Below, piece by piece: positions 51,740 to 61,556 of a DNA stretch of 64,000 bases. The position numbers were made by a program, and so were the translations under genes. The stretch comes from an uncultured Piscirickettsiaceae bacterium (GTDB taxonomy: Bacteria > Pseudomonadota > Gammaproteobacteria > GCF-002020875), in contig CAYFMF010000003.1 in the NCBI GenBank assembly GCA_964344135.1, forward strand, positions 442 through 64,441. The letters run 5' to 3'. The notes beneath the pieces were generated by a model. The model did not search any database. It was not told the DNA's origin and was given only the letters and a program-made list of their open reading frames with translations. Every line of letters starts with the position of its first letter. The stretch's first letter is position 1.

Positions 51740-53692
51740 GTGAGCAGCGAAGAGACCGGAACCACAAAAGTCTATCCCGTCAACAGTGCGTTTGCCGCAC
51801 AGGCCAATGTTACTGCAGAGCAGTACGAGGAGATGTACCAGCACTCCATTACCGACCCCGAGGGGTTCTGGAGCGAACAGGCCACCCGCTACCTCACCTG
51901 GTTCACTCCATGGGAGACCACCCTGGATTGGAGCTACAGCGGTGATGTACACATCAACTGGTTCAGGGGTGGAAAACTGAATGCCTCCTACAACTGTCTC
52001 GATCGCCACCTTGAGGAGCGTGGGGATCAGGTCGCCATCCTCTGGGAGGGGGATGACCCCAACGAGGATCGCAGCATCACCTACCGGGAGCTCCACGCTG
52101 AGGTGAGCCGGTTCGCCAACGTACTGAAGTCTCGTGGGGTCAACAGGGGGGATCGGGTCTCCATCTATATGCCGATGATCCCGGAGGCGGCTGTCGCAAT
52201 GCTCGCCTGCACCCGTATCGGTGCGGTCCACTCCGTGGTCTTTGGCGGCTTCTCCCCCGATGCACTGCGTGACCGTATCCTGGACTCCGACTGTCAGGTG
52301 GTGATCACCGCCGACCAGAGCATTCGCGGAGGCAAGAAGGTTCCCCTGAAGCAGAATGCAGACCAGGCGATCGCCTCCTGCCCCAACGTGCACACCTGCA
52401 TTGTGGTGCAGCGGGGTGGAGAGCCTGTCGACTGGAGCGAGGAGCGAGATCTCTGGTACCACAAGGCAATGGAGAGCGCCTCTGCGGAGTGCCCTCCCGA
52501 AGAGATGGATGCCGAGGATCCGATGTTTATCCTCTACACCTCCGGATCCACCGGAAAGCCGAAGGGGGTACAGCACACCACCGGTGGCTATATGCTCCAC
52601 GCCGCAATCACCCACAAACTCACCTTCGACTACAAGGATGGGGAGATCTACTGGTGTACCGCCGATGTGGGATGGGTCACCGGACACACCTATATTCTCT
52701 ATGGCCCACTCGCCAATGGTGCCACCACCATGATGTTCGAGGGGATCCCCACCTACCCCACCACCTCCCGCTTCTGGGAGGTCTGTGACAAGCACAGTGT
52801 TGCCAGCTTCTACACCGCACCCACCGCAATCCGTGCCCTGATGTCCAGTGGTAACGAACCGGTAGAGAGGACCTCGCGCAAATCCCTGCGCCTGCTGGGA
52901 ACGGTCGGCGAACCGATCAACCCCGAGGCATGGGAGTGGTACTACAATGTTGTCGGTGACGGACGCTGTCCGATTGTAGACACCTGGTGGCAGACCGAGA
53001 CTGGTGGACACCTGATCACCCCACTCCCTGGTGCCCACCCGCTGAAACCGGGCTCTGCCAGCCGCCCCTTCTTCGGAGTACAGCCGGTGCTGCTGGATGA
53101 TGAGGGGAACGAACTGGAGGGGACAACCTCCGGCAATCTGGCGATGAAGTTCCCGTGGCCCGGACAGATGCGTACCCTCTATGGTGATCACGACCGCTTT
53201 ATCGAAACCTACTTTACCCAGTTCCCCGGCTACTACTTCACAGGAGATGGGGCACGCCGCGACGAGGATGGGTACTGGTGGATCACCGGCCGTGTAGACG
53301 ATGTACTCAATGTCTCCGGACACCGTCTGGGAACAGCCGAGATTGAGTCTGCCCTGGTGCTGCATGAGATGGTCGCAGAGGCGGCTGTGGTCGGTTATCC
53401 CCATGAGATCACTGGCCAGGGGATCTACGCCTTCGTCACCCTGATGCAGGGTGAGACAGCAACCGATGCCCTGAAGAGTGACCTCGTAGCACTGGTGCGC
53501 AAGGAGATTGGCCCCATTGCCAGGATCAACATCATCCAGTGGGCGCCCGGCCTGCCCAAAACCCGCTCTGGAAAGATCATGCGCCGCATCCTGCGCAAGA
53601 TTGCCGCCAATGAGCTGGATGACCTGGGTGATACCTCAACCCTGGCCGACCCCAGCGTAGTTGAGGAACTGATTGAGAACCGAAAGTATTGA
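51740..53692 (+). CDS. acs: Acetyl-coenzyme A synthetase
   Basis: 650 aa. AMP-binding motif [11 protein letters not shown], conserved acylation-site Lys near the C-terminus (SGKIMRR). Confidence 0.95.
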   Translation: MSSEETGTTKVYPVNSAFAAQANVTAEQYEEMYQHSITDPEGFWSEQATRYLTWFTPWETTLDWSYSGDVHINWFRGGKLNASYNCLDRHLEERGDQVAILWEGDDPNEDRSITYRELHAEVSRFANVLKSRGVNRGDRVSIYMPMIPEAAVAMLACTRIGAVHSVVFGGFSPDALRDRILDSDCQVVITADQSIRGGKKVPLKQNADQAIASCPNVHTCIVVQRGGEPVDWSEERDLWYHKAMESASAECPPEEMDAEDPMFILYTSGSTGKPKGVQHTTGGYMLHAAITHKLTFDYKDGEIYWCTADVGWVTGHTYILYGPLANGATTMMFEGIPTYPTTSRFWEVCDKHSVASFYTAPTAIRALMSSGNEPVERTSRKSLRLLGTVGEPINPEAWEWYYNVVGDGRCPIVDTWWQTETGGHLITPLPGAHPLKPGSASRPFFGVQPVLLDDEGNELEGTTSGNLAMKFPWPGQMRTLYGDHDRFIETYFTQFPGYYFTGDGARRDEDGYWWITGRVDDVLNVSGHRLGTAEIESALVLHEMVAEAAVVGYPHEITGQGIYAFVTLMQGETATDALKSDLVALVRKEIGPIARINIIQWAPGLPKTRSGKIMRRILRKIAANELDDLGDTSTLADPSVVEELIENRKY

Positions 53693-53757
53693 GGTCGCGT
53701 TACCGAAAGCATTGAGGTCGCGTTACCGAACGCATTGATGTTGCGCCACCGGGAAAA
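53689..53757 (+). repeat. Three imperfect 23-bp tandem direct repeats spanning the acs stop codon
   Basis: ccgaaagtattgaggtcgcgtta / ccgaaagcattgaggtcgcgtta / ccgaacgcattgatgttgcgcca. Confidence 0.7.
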
Positions 53758-53940
53758 CCGGTAATCTCACAACCGGCCAACCGGGGGAAATCGGAACATC
53801 AGGAGCTGCTAACATACTGGTGCAATATGGAAAAATCTTGCACTCTATTATTGGATACGTATGATTGATCTGAATAAACTGCTCTATCCATATGCAGAGA
53901 TCCGACCAGAAGAGTTGGCAACGCATAGCAGGGAGGAAAT

Positions 53941-54612
53941 ATGCTCGTAAAAATTACTGTTCTGTCACTGGCAGCTCTTCTTTCACCCATTGCCGGCGCC
54001 TGGGATGGTCTGGACCGTGGAGGCGAGATTGAGGAGTCAATGACACTCACTCCCGACATTGAGAACGGAAAAAAACTCTATAAAACCTGTGCCTTCTGTC
54101 ACACACCGGATGGGTGGGGCATGGAGCCCGGAATCGGTAAATACCGGGTTCCGGGAACCTATCCACAACTGGCGGGCCAACACCAGTCGGTACTGATCAA
54201 GCAGCTCTACGATATCCGTCAGCTCAATCGGGACAACCCCACCATGTACCCCTTTACACTGGCCCGCTATATTGGAGGTGCCCAGGATGTTGCCGATGTA
54301 ACCGCCTACATCACCACCCTCTCCATCAACCACTTCAATCAGCATGGGGATGGATCTGATCTGGCGCTTGGAAAAGAGCTCTACGAGGAGAACTGCGTCA
54401 AGTGTCACGGGGAGAATGGTGAGGGAGATACTGAAAACTTCTACCCGCGCCTCTCCAACCAGCACTACCCCTATATGCTGAGACAGTTTGTCTGGATCAA
54501 GGATGGAAAGCGCAGAAACGCCAACAGCAAGATGGTCAAACAGATCCAGAGATTTACCTATCGCGACATGAAGGCGGTCATTGACTATGCCTCCAGACTG
54601 GATGCCCAGTAA
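53941..54612 (+). CDS. Periplasmic diheme cytochrome c (c4-like)
   Basis: 223 aa. Signal peptide, two CxxCH motifs (CAFCH, CVKCH) in two cytochrome-c domains with Met ligand regions. Confidence 0.75.
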   Translation: MLVKITVLSLAALLSPIAGAWDGLDRGGEIEESMTLTPDIENGKKLYKTCAFCHTPDGWGMEPGIGKYRVPGTYPQLAGQHQSVLIKQLYDIRQLNRDNPTMYPFTLARYIGGAQDVADVTAYITTLSINHFNQHGDGSDLALGKELYEENCVKCHGENGEGDTENFYPRLSNQHYPYMLRQFVWIKDGKRRNANSKMVKQIQRFTYRDMKAVIDYASRLDAQ

Positions 54613-54673
54613 CCTGCCTGTAGAAGAATAAAACACAACAACAGTCATAGAGCCTCTAGAGGGAGAGACCTAG

Positions 54674-55378
54674 ATGAAAAAACTACTGATTCCAGCCCTG
54701 ATCTTTATTGCCGGCATGGTGGCACTTGGGGGCGTCAATGTCTTCTTTGCCGCTACCAACGAGATGGAGTTCTGTACCTCCTGCCACTCGATGAAGATCA
54801 ACCTCGAGGAGTATCGCCACACCGTCCACTACGAGAATCAGTCCGGTGTTCAGGCCACCTGCTCGGACTGTCATGTACCCAAACAGTTCATCCCCAAGGT
54901 AATGGCCAAGATCATGGCGGCCAAGGATGTATACCACTGGGTCATGGGCACCATTGAGCCTGATGAGTCCCAACTGGTTTCAGCGGACAGCAGTGGCAAC
55001 TGTCCCGACCTCTTTATCCCTGTTGAGGAGGGCTCCAACCTCTGCGTCCCCAATTATGGGGATCCCTATAGCGAGGATGAGATGAGCGAGGAGGCTGAGG
55101 CGCGTCGTGAGGCGGCACTGGAGAAATACAATGCCTACCGCTGGAAGATGGCCAACAGTGTCTGGGACAAGATGAAGGCCACGGATTCACGTGAATGCAG
55201 AAACTGTCACTCCTTCGACAACATGAACCTCGACGAGCAGGACCGCAGTGCACGCAAGAAGCATGGTCGTGCCACCGACAAGGGTCAGACCTGTATCGAC
55301 TGCCACAAGGGGATAGCCCATGCCGAGCCGGATGAACCTGATGATGAAGAGGAAGAGGAAGAGGATGAAGAGGCATAG
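54674..55378 (+). CDS. NapC/NirT-family membrane-anchored tetraheme cytochrome c (quinol dehydrogenase type) with an acidic C-terminal tail
   Basis: 234 aa. N-terminal TM. Four CxxCH motifs (CTSCH, CSDCH, CRNCH, CIDCH). Tail DEPDDEEEEEEDEEA. Confidence 0.8.
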   Translation: MKKLLIPALIFIAGMVALGGVNVFFAATNEMEFCTSCHSMKINLEEYRHTVHYENQSGVQATCSDCHVPKQFIPKVMAKIMAAKDVYHWVMGTIEPDESQLVSADSSGNCPDLFIPVEEGSNLCVPNYGDPYSEDEMSEEAEARREAALEKYNAYRWKMANSVWDKMKATDSRECRNCHSFDNMNLDEQDRSARKKHGRATDKGQTCIDCHKGIAHAEPDEPDDEEEEEEDEEA

Positions 55379-55408
55379 CCCAGCCCACTGGATGCCGGCC
55401 TATCGGAA

Positions 55409-56365
55409 ATGAATCGGAGCAGTATCATGAAAACAATAACCACCATCGTACTATCCCTCCTCTTCTCCAGTGCCTGCCTCGCTGATGCCGCACTGGACCA
55501 GTCACTGCGCAGGGCTGTGATCAATGGGGAGCTTGCTGAGGTTAAACAGCTGATCAGCCAGGGTGCTGATATCAACAGTAGTGGAGAGTTTGGCCACACC
55601 CCACTGATCTATGCGGCCGAGGATGGTCAGATTGAGATTGCCCAGCTGCTGATTGAACATGGTGCCCGTATCGACCGGCAGACCAGGGGAGGATACACCG
55701 CCCTCTCCGCCGCTGCCGATGAAAGCAGCATTGCCCTGGTCTCCCTGCTCCTGAAGGCTGGAGCCGACCCACATATCAAGACCCGTAATGGAATGGATGC
55801 GCTGATGATTGCGGTCCGCAGCGGAGATGCAGATGTGATCTCGATGCTGATGGCCTATAACAGCAACATCAACACCGCAAACCGCCATGGACAGACCCCG
55901 TTGATGATCGCCTCCCAGAGCGGCAATATCGATGTGGTCCATATGATGTTGCTGGCTGATGCCGGCATGAACATCCGTGACAAGAATGGCAGAACCGCCC
56001 TGATGATCGCCGCAGACACCCAGAGCCTGGAGGTGGTAACCGCCCTGCTGAATCGTGGGGCCTTAACCTCGGTGACGGATGATCATGGTGCCACCGCCCT
56101 GCACTATGCAATCAAGCGCAAGGGAAGCGCCATTGCAGAGACCCTTCTCAACCGTGGCGCCAATGTCAATGTGGCAGATAACGACAGCTGGACCCCGTTA
56201 ATGGATGCGGTCAGCCGTGGAAACAGCAAACTGGCAAAACTGCTGATACAGCGAGGTGCCGATGTAGAGGTCCATGATCAGGAAGGCCACAGCCTCCCCC
56301 AGATCGCCGAGATGAACCGCCGCCACCAGCTGGCTGAATATCTTCAGGGGCTTATCAAGCGCTAG
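55409..56365 (+). CDS. Periplasmic ankyrin-repeat protein
   Basis: 318 aa. Signal peptide (start may be the MKTITTIVLSLLFSSACLA methionine at about 55427). About 8 tandem 33-residue ANK repeats (GxTPLxxAA...GADxN). Confidence 0.8.
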   Translation: MNRSSIMKTITTIVLSLLFSSACLADAALDQSLRRAVINGELAEVKQLISQGADINSSGEFGHTPLIYAAEDGQIEIAQLLIEHGARIDRQTRGGYTALSAAADESSIALVSLLLKAGADPHIKTRNGMDALMIAVRSGDADVISMLMAYNSNINTANRHGQTPLMIASQSGNIDVVHMMLLADAGMNIRDKNGRTALMIAADTQSLEVVTALLNRGALTSVTDDHGATALHYAIKRKGSAIAETLLNRGANVNVADNDSWTPLMDAVSRGNSKLAKLLIQRGADVEVHDQEGHSLPQIAEMNRRHQLAEYLQGLIKR

Positions 56366-56600
56366 CCGGTTACGGTAGCACCAACACCAAACCAATGCCG
56401 GATAACCTACAGAGCACTCCACCATGGAGAGAGCTCCTGTAGCTTAACGGCACAGAACCCACTGACGGGATTGGTGGCTCCGAAGCATGCGGGTTACTCG
56501 ATCACGAGCACCGTTCTCCAACAATATTGAGTACTTGATCTAGAGACCTAACTCGAATAAGGTACTGTTTCTGGTTATTCATGTTCAGGGGGAGAGGTAT

Positions 56601-57218
56601 ATGAGAAAGGTACTGCTTGGCACAATATTAACAACCATTCTGGCATCGCCGGTAACCATGGTTACAGCCGCAGAGGAGGCCGCTGCGGAGAAGGCTGCTG
56701 TAGCAGAGGATATCTCTGTCCACGTTCAAGAGAGTCGTGCTCTGGCCAAGAAGCTGTTTGTCAAACTGAAACATGCGCTGGTTACGGGGATGAAGGCGGG
56801 AGGCCCCTCTACGGCAATCACCGCCTGTAACGTACAGGCGCAGCCCATTACCCGTGCAGCATCCAACCGCCGTACCGGGCTCAATATTCGTCGCACCAGT
56901 CTGCGCCTGCGCAATCCAAAGAATGCCCCCGATGCCTGGGAGATTCGGGTTCTGGAACAGTTTGAGGGGCGCTTTGCCGCAGGTGAGGATCCCAGCAAGG
57001 TGGAGTACCACGAGGTGGTGGAACAGAAAGGTGGCGAACGACTCTTCCGTTACATGAAAGCGATCCCGGCCAGCAAGCCCTGCATGGTCTGTCATGGCGA
57101 GCTGATTGCACCGGATGTACTGAAGACCATTCGGGATCTCTATCCCTATGAGCAGGCAACCGGCTTCAAGCCGGGAGATCTTCGTGGTGCCTTCTCGGTC
57201 ACCAGAGAGCTCGATTGA
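56601..57218 (+). CDS. DUF3365/Tll0287-like periplasmic heme-c protein
   Basis: 205 aa. Signal peptide, PAS-like body, single C-terminal CxxCH (CMVCHG), as in Tll0287-family proteins. Confidence 0.55.
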   Translation: MRKVLLGTILTTILASPVTMVTAAEEAAAEKAAVAEDISVHVQESRALAKKLFVKLKHALVTGMKAGGPSTAITACNVQAQPITRAASNRRTGLNIRRTSLRLRNPKNAPDAWEIRVLEQFEGRFAAGEDPSKVEYHEVVEQKGGERLFRYMKAIPASKPCMVCHGELIAPDVLKTIRDLYPYEQATGFKPGDLRGAFSVTRELD

Positions 57219-57285
57219 TGTTGTAGTCCATTCAACAATAAGTTAAGAGCACCATGCCTGTGGAGGCGGGAATGGTGCGCTGTCG

Positions 57286-59283
57286 ATGTCAGCAGCGGAA
57301 GGGAGGAGTGCTGTGAACCGATTTGTACAGATCACAAGACTATGGGTGCTGATGCTTCTGCTTGGAGTATACGGCACAACCCTCTATGCGGCATCCGACA
57401 ACTCGAAGACGGGTGCAAAGAAAATCGTGCCCAACAAGGTCTGTATTAAATGCCACTCCGATGAGGAAAACAAATTTGAGACCCTCTATGAGGATGAGGA
57501 TGATGAGGAAGGGACCGAGGTCTACATCTACGTCGATGAGGAGAAGTTTGAGGAGAGTGTTCACGGCAAACAGAACTGTGTAGGGTGTCACACCAACATC
57601 ACCAAGAAGTACCACCAGGAACAGCCGGTGATCAGCGTGAGCTGTATCCAGTGCCACAAGGAGGAGTGGGAGAAGCAGCAGGGGGAGGAGCATCCCAGGT
57701 ATGATCGCCTCGATGTGGTGATGCAGCAGATCGACGGCTATATGGATTCGGTCCATGCCCGCCCCAGCATCGCAGACCAGTCCAGGACCAACGCCACCTG
57801 CCATGACTGTCACGACCCACATAACATCGGCACCCTCGGCAGTGAGGCCCGTGCCGACCATCGACTGAAGAACCCAGAAGTCTGCGGACGCTGTCACGAA
57901 GAGCAGAAAGAGGCCTACCTCACCTCCGCACATGGCAGGGAGGTGGTGGAGAATGGCAATAGTGAGGCCGCGGTCTGTTCCGACTGTCACACTACCCACA
58001 ACATCGACTCCCCGGACCGGGATCCCATCAAGCTGACGATTACCCAAAACTGTGGGGATTGCCATGAGGATGCCTACAAGACCTACCGCTCCTCCTACCA
58101 TGGGCAGGTAAACCGCCTGGGGTACACCAATACCGCAAAGTGTTATGACTGCCACGGCAGCCATGAACTCAAGAAGGTAGAGGACCCAACCTCAAGCGTC
58201 CATCTGGAGAACCGCCTGGAGACCTGCCAACAGTGTCATGAGGATGCGCCAGAGGGGTTTTTGAGCTTCCACGCCCATGCCAATGTCGATGACTATGAGC
58301 GTTATCCGGAGATCTATCTCACTGCAAAGTTCATGAACTACCTGATCATTGCGGTCTTTGCCTTCTTCTGGACCCATGTCCTGCTCTGGTTCCATCGTGA
58401 GTACAAGGATCGCAAGCAGGGCAAGGGGTATCAGCCTCCACCTGCAGCGCTGTTGGCAGCCAAGGAGCGGATCTATTTCCGTCGCTTCAGTGCAACCTGG
58501 CGGGTCATTCACCTGCTGTTTGCGGTCAGCACCATGACACTGGTGCTCACCGGGTCATCCCTGCTCTTCTCGCATACCGCCTGGGCTCCGGTCGTGATTG
58601 GTCTGCTGGGTGGGCCGGAGATCGAGGCCATTATTCACCGTACCGCAGCGACTACCTGGCTGTCGGTCTTCCTGGTCCACTTTGGAATTGCCAGCTACAA
58701 CATCATCAAGAACCGCAAGAGCTTCCGCTGGTTCGGCCCCACCTCCATGTTGCCCAACTGGCAGGATCTGCGTGATGTGGTTGCCATGTTCCGCTGGTTC
58801 TTCGGAAGAGCTGAACGTCCCGACTTTGACCGCTGGTCCTACTGGCAAAAGTTTGATTACTGGGCACCATTCTGGGGTGCAGGAGTGATTGGGCTGAGCG
58901 GAATGATGCTCTTCTCGCCAACCCTGGCTGCTACCGTCCTCCCTGGATACGTCTTCAACATTGCAACCATCATCCATGCGGAAGAGGCACTGCTGGCAAC
59001 CATGTTCCTGTTTACGGTCCACTTCTTCAATGCCCACTTCCGCCCGGACAAGTTCCCGATGAGCACAACCATCTTTACCGGGGCGATCCCGCTGGATGAG
59101 TTCAAGCATGAGCACCGTCTGGAGTATGAGCGCCTGAAAGAGAGTGGAGAGCTCTCCAGGTACCTGATCAAGAAGCCATCAAAGGCGATGCAGACCGGCT
59201 CCAACCTGCTCGGTGCCATCCTGATCTTCTCCGGATTGACGCTGTTGACCCTGGTGATGATCGGTTATATCAGCACGATGTAA
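57286..59283 (+). CDS. CbcL-like fusion: periplasmic nonaheme cytochrome c domain joined to a diheme cytochrome b (HydC/FdnI-type) membrane domain
   Basis: 665 aa. Nine CxxCH motifs (CIKCH, CVGCH, CIQCH, CHDCH, CGRCH, CSDCH, CGDCH, CYDCH, CQQCH), then about 5-6 TM helices with conserved His pairs (VIHLLF, IIHRTA, FLVHFG, TIIHAEE...TVHFFNAHF). Confidence 0.75.
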   Translation: MSAAEGRSAVNRFVQITRLWVLMLLLGVYGTTLYAASDNSKTGAKKIVPNKVCIKCHSDEENKFETLYEDEDDEEGTEVYIYVDEEKFEESVHGKQNCVGCHTNITKKYHQEQPVISVSCIQCHKEEWEKQQGEEHPRYDRLDVVMQQIDGYMDSVHARPSIADQSRTNATCHDCHDPHNIGTLGSEARADHRLKNPEVCGRCHEEQKEAYLTSAHGREVVENGNSEAAVCSDCHTTHNIDSPDRDPIKLTITQNCGDCHEDAYKTYRSSYHGQVNRLGYTNTAKCYDCHGSHELKKVEDPTSSVHLENRLETCQQCHEDAPEGFLSFHAHANVDDYERYPEIYLTAKFMNYLIIAVFAFFWTHVLLWFHREYKDRKQGKGYQPPPAALLAAKERIYFRRFSATWRVIHLLFAVSTMTLVLTGSSLLFSHTAWAPVVIGLLGGPEIEAIIHRTAATTWLSVFLVHFGIASYNIIKNRKSFRWFGPTSMLPNWQDLRDVVAMFRWFFGRAERPDFDRWSYWQKFDYWAPFWGAGVIGLSGMMLFSPTLAATVLPGYVFNIATIIHAEEALLATMFLFTVHFFNAHFRPDKFPMSTTIFTGAIPLDEFKHEHRLEYERLKESGELSRYLIKKPSKAMQTGSNLLGAILIFSGLTLLTLVMIGYISTM

Positions 59284-59292
59284 CAGCAGCCT

Positions 59293-59331
59293 CCCCTTAT
59301 ATATGCGGCCATAGCCGTCATATATAAGGGG
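59293..59331 (+). terminator. Strong GC-clamped hairpin downstream of the CbcL-like gene
   Basis: ccccttatatatg-cggccatagccg-catatataagggg: 13-bp stem. Weak or absent U-tract. Confidence 0.45.
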
Positions 59332-59510
59332 GGGGTGAACTGCCTCCTGCGCAAATTATTTCCTTGCATCAGAAGTTTTATTTGAATTATTATAGGAGTG
59401 TTCTGCGCGGGGGGCTGCCGGACTGATTAACCATCTATTTGACTCCTCCCGAATAGAGCAAAATTAATATTAATTTTAAATAAAATCTCTAAATAACTTT
59501 AGGAGGAGAT

Positions 59511-60107
59511 ATGAAAGCAACGAAACTTGCAGTAGCCGTTCTCGGCAGCTGTGCAATCAGTTTCTCTGCGTTCGCAGGAAACATGACAGGGGCTGACGGA
59601 TCCATGCTCGCCAACACCTGTGCTGGTTGTCACGGCACAGACGGAGCCAGCGTTGGTCCAGCCATCCCATCCATTGGTGGAATGTCTGCAACCTACATCA
59701 CCGACATGATGGCAGCATACAAGTCTGGTGATACCAACAGCACCATCATGGGCCGTATCGCAAAGGGCTACAGTGAGGATGAGGTTGGTGCGATCGCCAA
59801 CTTCTTCGCCGATCAGCCACAGTCCCGTGCAGACCAGTCCTTTGACAGTGCCAAGGTCGCCAAGGGGCAGAAGCTGCATGACAAGTACTGTGAGAAGTGT
59901 CACTCTGAGGGTGGCGCACTGGCAGATGACGATTCCGGCATTCTCGCTGGGCAGCTGATGCCTTATCTTGAGTACAGTATGGAGGATTTCCACAATGGTG
60001 ATCGCTCTATGCCGAAGAAGATGAAGAAGAAGGTCAAGAAGCTGAACAAGAAGGAAGGCGACGCTGGTGTTGACGCTATCTTCCACTACTACGCAAGCCA
60101 GCGCTAA
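59511..60107 (+). CDS. fccA: Flavocytochrome c sulfide dehydrogenase, diheme cytochrome subunit
   Basis: 198 aa. Signal peptide, two CxxCH motifs (CAGCHG, CEKCHS). Immediately upstream of fccB. Contains a Lys-rich insertion PKKMKKKVKKLNKKEG. Confidence 0.75.
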   Translation: MKATKLAVAVLGSCAISFSAFAGNMTGADGSMLANTCAGCHGTDGASVGPAIPSIGGMSATYITDMMAAYKSGDTNSTIMGRIAKGYSEDEVGAIANFFADQPQSRADQSFDSAKVAKGQKLHDKYCEKCHSEGGALADDDSGILAGQLMPYLEYSMEDFHNGDRSMPKKMKKKVKKLNKKEGDAGVDAIFHYYASQR

Positions 60108-60122
60108 GGAGGAGCTATAACA

Positions 60123-61451
60123 ATGAGTAAATTTAATCGTAGAGACTTTCTGAAGGTTTCTGGTAGTGCCGTAGGTGCCGCATCCGTTGCCGGTATGGGG
60201 CTGTATGCAGGTAACTCCTTCGCTGGCTCCAAGGGCCGCGTCGTTGTTGTTGGTGGTGGTATGGGCGGTGCAACAGCTGCCAAATACATCAAGCGCGCTG
60301 ATGCTGCCATTGATGTCACCATCATCGAGCCTAACAAGACCTACTACACTGGTTTCACCAGTAATCTGACACTCTCAGGCATGGTCACCATGGATCAGCT
60401 GGCTCACACCTATGAGGGTCTGGCTGCAATGGGAATCAACATTGTTCACGACGCTGTGACCGAGATCGGTGACAATGCGGTGAAGACTGCAGGTGGCGGC
60501 AGCTACGGCTTTGACCGCTGTGTGGTCTCTCCTGGTGTGGACTTCAAGTTTGTTGAGGGACACAGTGAGGAGGTTGCCAACAACTCCGTAACCCACGCCT
60601 ACAAGTCTGGCCACCAGATGAATCTGCTGGGGCAGCAGCTCAAGGCGATGAAGGATGGCGGTACAGTTGTAATTGCTGCACCACGCAACCCATTCCGTTG
60701 CCCTCCCGGACCTTATGAGCGTACCAGCCAGATCGCTGCCTACCTCAAGGCCAACAAGCCAAAATCAAAGATCATTGTTCTTGATCCAAAGGACAAGTTC
60801 TCCAAGTTTGGTCTGTTCCGCGAGGCGTGGTCTGTGCACTACGGCTTCGATGGTGCCCAGGATGGTGGTGAAAACTCCATGATCACCTGGGTCAAGGGTG
60901 CAGCCGGTGGTGCACTGGAGGCCGTTGAGGCTGACAGCAACACTGCAGTTGCAGCTGTTGAGGAGTTCAAGGCGGACGTACTGAATGTTATCCCCGACAT
61001 GAAGGCGGGTAATGTTGCCTCTGCCAATGGGCTGACTGATGGTGACTGGTGTCCAGTAGACCTGCAGACTTTCGAATCCAAGAAGCGTGCAAACATCTAC
61101 GTAATTGGTGACTCCAGTGCTGCCAAGGGTCTGCCGAAGTCTGGCTATGCGGCCAGCTCAGAGGCAAAGGTCTGTGCAGCAGCGGTTGTAGCGGCACTGA
61201 ACGGCAACTCTGCCCCAATCCCCGCCTACACCAACACCTGCTACAGTGTGGTTGCACCGAACGATGCGTTCTCTGTTGCAGCGGTCTACCAGCTGGCAGC
61301 AGACAAGTCGAAGGTCATGAAGGTCTCCGGCGGTCTGACTCCAAGCGGTGACAAGCGCAACGCTGCGTTCCGTGAGCGTGAGGTTGCCTATGCACTGAGC
61401 TGGTATGACAACATCACCTCTGATGCCTTCAACAACGCCAAGAAGTTGTAA
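60123..61451 (+). CDS. fccB: Flavocytochrome c sulfide dehydrogenase, flavoprotein subunit
   Basis: 442 aa. Tat signal SKFNRRDFLK, FAD-binding VVVVGGGMGGATAAKY. Confidence 0.85.
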   Translation: MSKFNRRDFLKVSGSAVGAASVAGMGLYAGNSFAGSKGRVVVVGGGMGGATAAKYIKRADAAIDVTIIEPNKTYYTGFTSNLTLSGMVTMDQLAHTYEGLAAMGINIVHDAVTEIGDNAVKTAGGGSYGFDRCVVSPGVDFKFVEGHSEEVANNSVTHAYKSGHQMNLLGQQLKAMKDGGTVVIAAPRNPFRCPPGPYERTSQIAAYLKANKPKSKIIVLDPKDKFSKFGLFREAWSVHYGFDGAQDGGENSMITWVKGAAGGALEAVEADSNTAVAAVEEFKADVLNVIPDMKAGNVASANGLTDGDWCPVDLQTFESKKRANIYVIGDSSAAKGLPKSGYAASSEAKVCAAAVVAALNGNSAPIPAYTNTCYSVVAPNDAFSVAAVYQLAADKSKVMKVSGGLTPSGDKRNAAFREREVAYALSWYDNITSDAFNNAKKL

Positions 61452-61495
61452 AGCAGTAGAGGCGTTGTCTTAACAAGCAACGCTGGAAAAAGAGA

Positions 61496-61525
61496 CCCTC
61501 AGAAGGCAACTTCTGAGGGTTTTTT
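61496..61525 (+). terminator. Rho-independent terminator after fccB
   Basis: ccctcagaag-gcaa-cttctgaggg followed by TTTTTT. Confidence 0.8.
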
Positions 61526-61556
61526 CATGAACATGGAAACAGAGTGTACGCTCTAT

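Noticed and set aside
53689-53757. Checked whether the 23-bp repeats could be a mini-CRISPR array
   Set aside because: Only three directly abutting units with no spacers, progressive degeneration, and no cas genes anywhere in the window.
56366-56600. 235-bp gap between the ankyrin and DUF3365 genes with patches of self-complementarity (…ccaccatggagagagctcctgtagcttaacgg…gggattggtggctcc…)
   Set aside because: I could not fold a convincing tRNA or riboswitch-like structure by eye, and there is no ORF. It is most likely an internal promoter or untranslated-region segment. It would need a covariance-model scan (Rfam) to say more.
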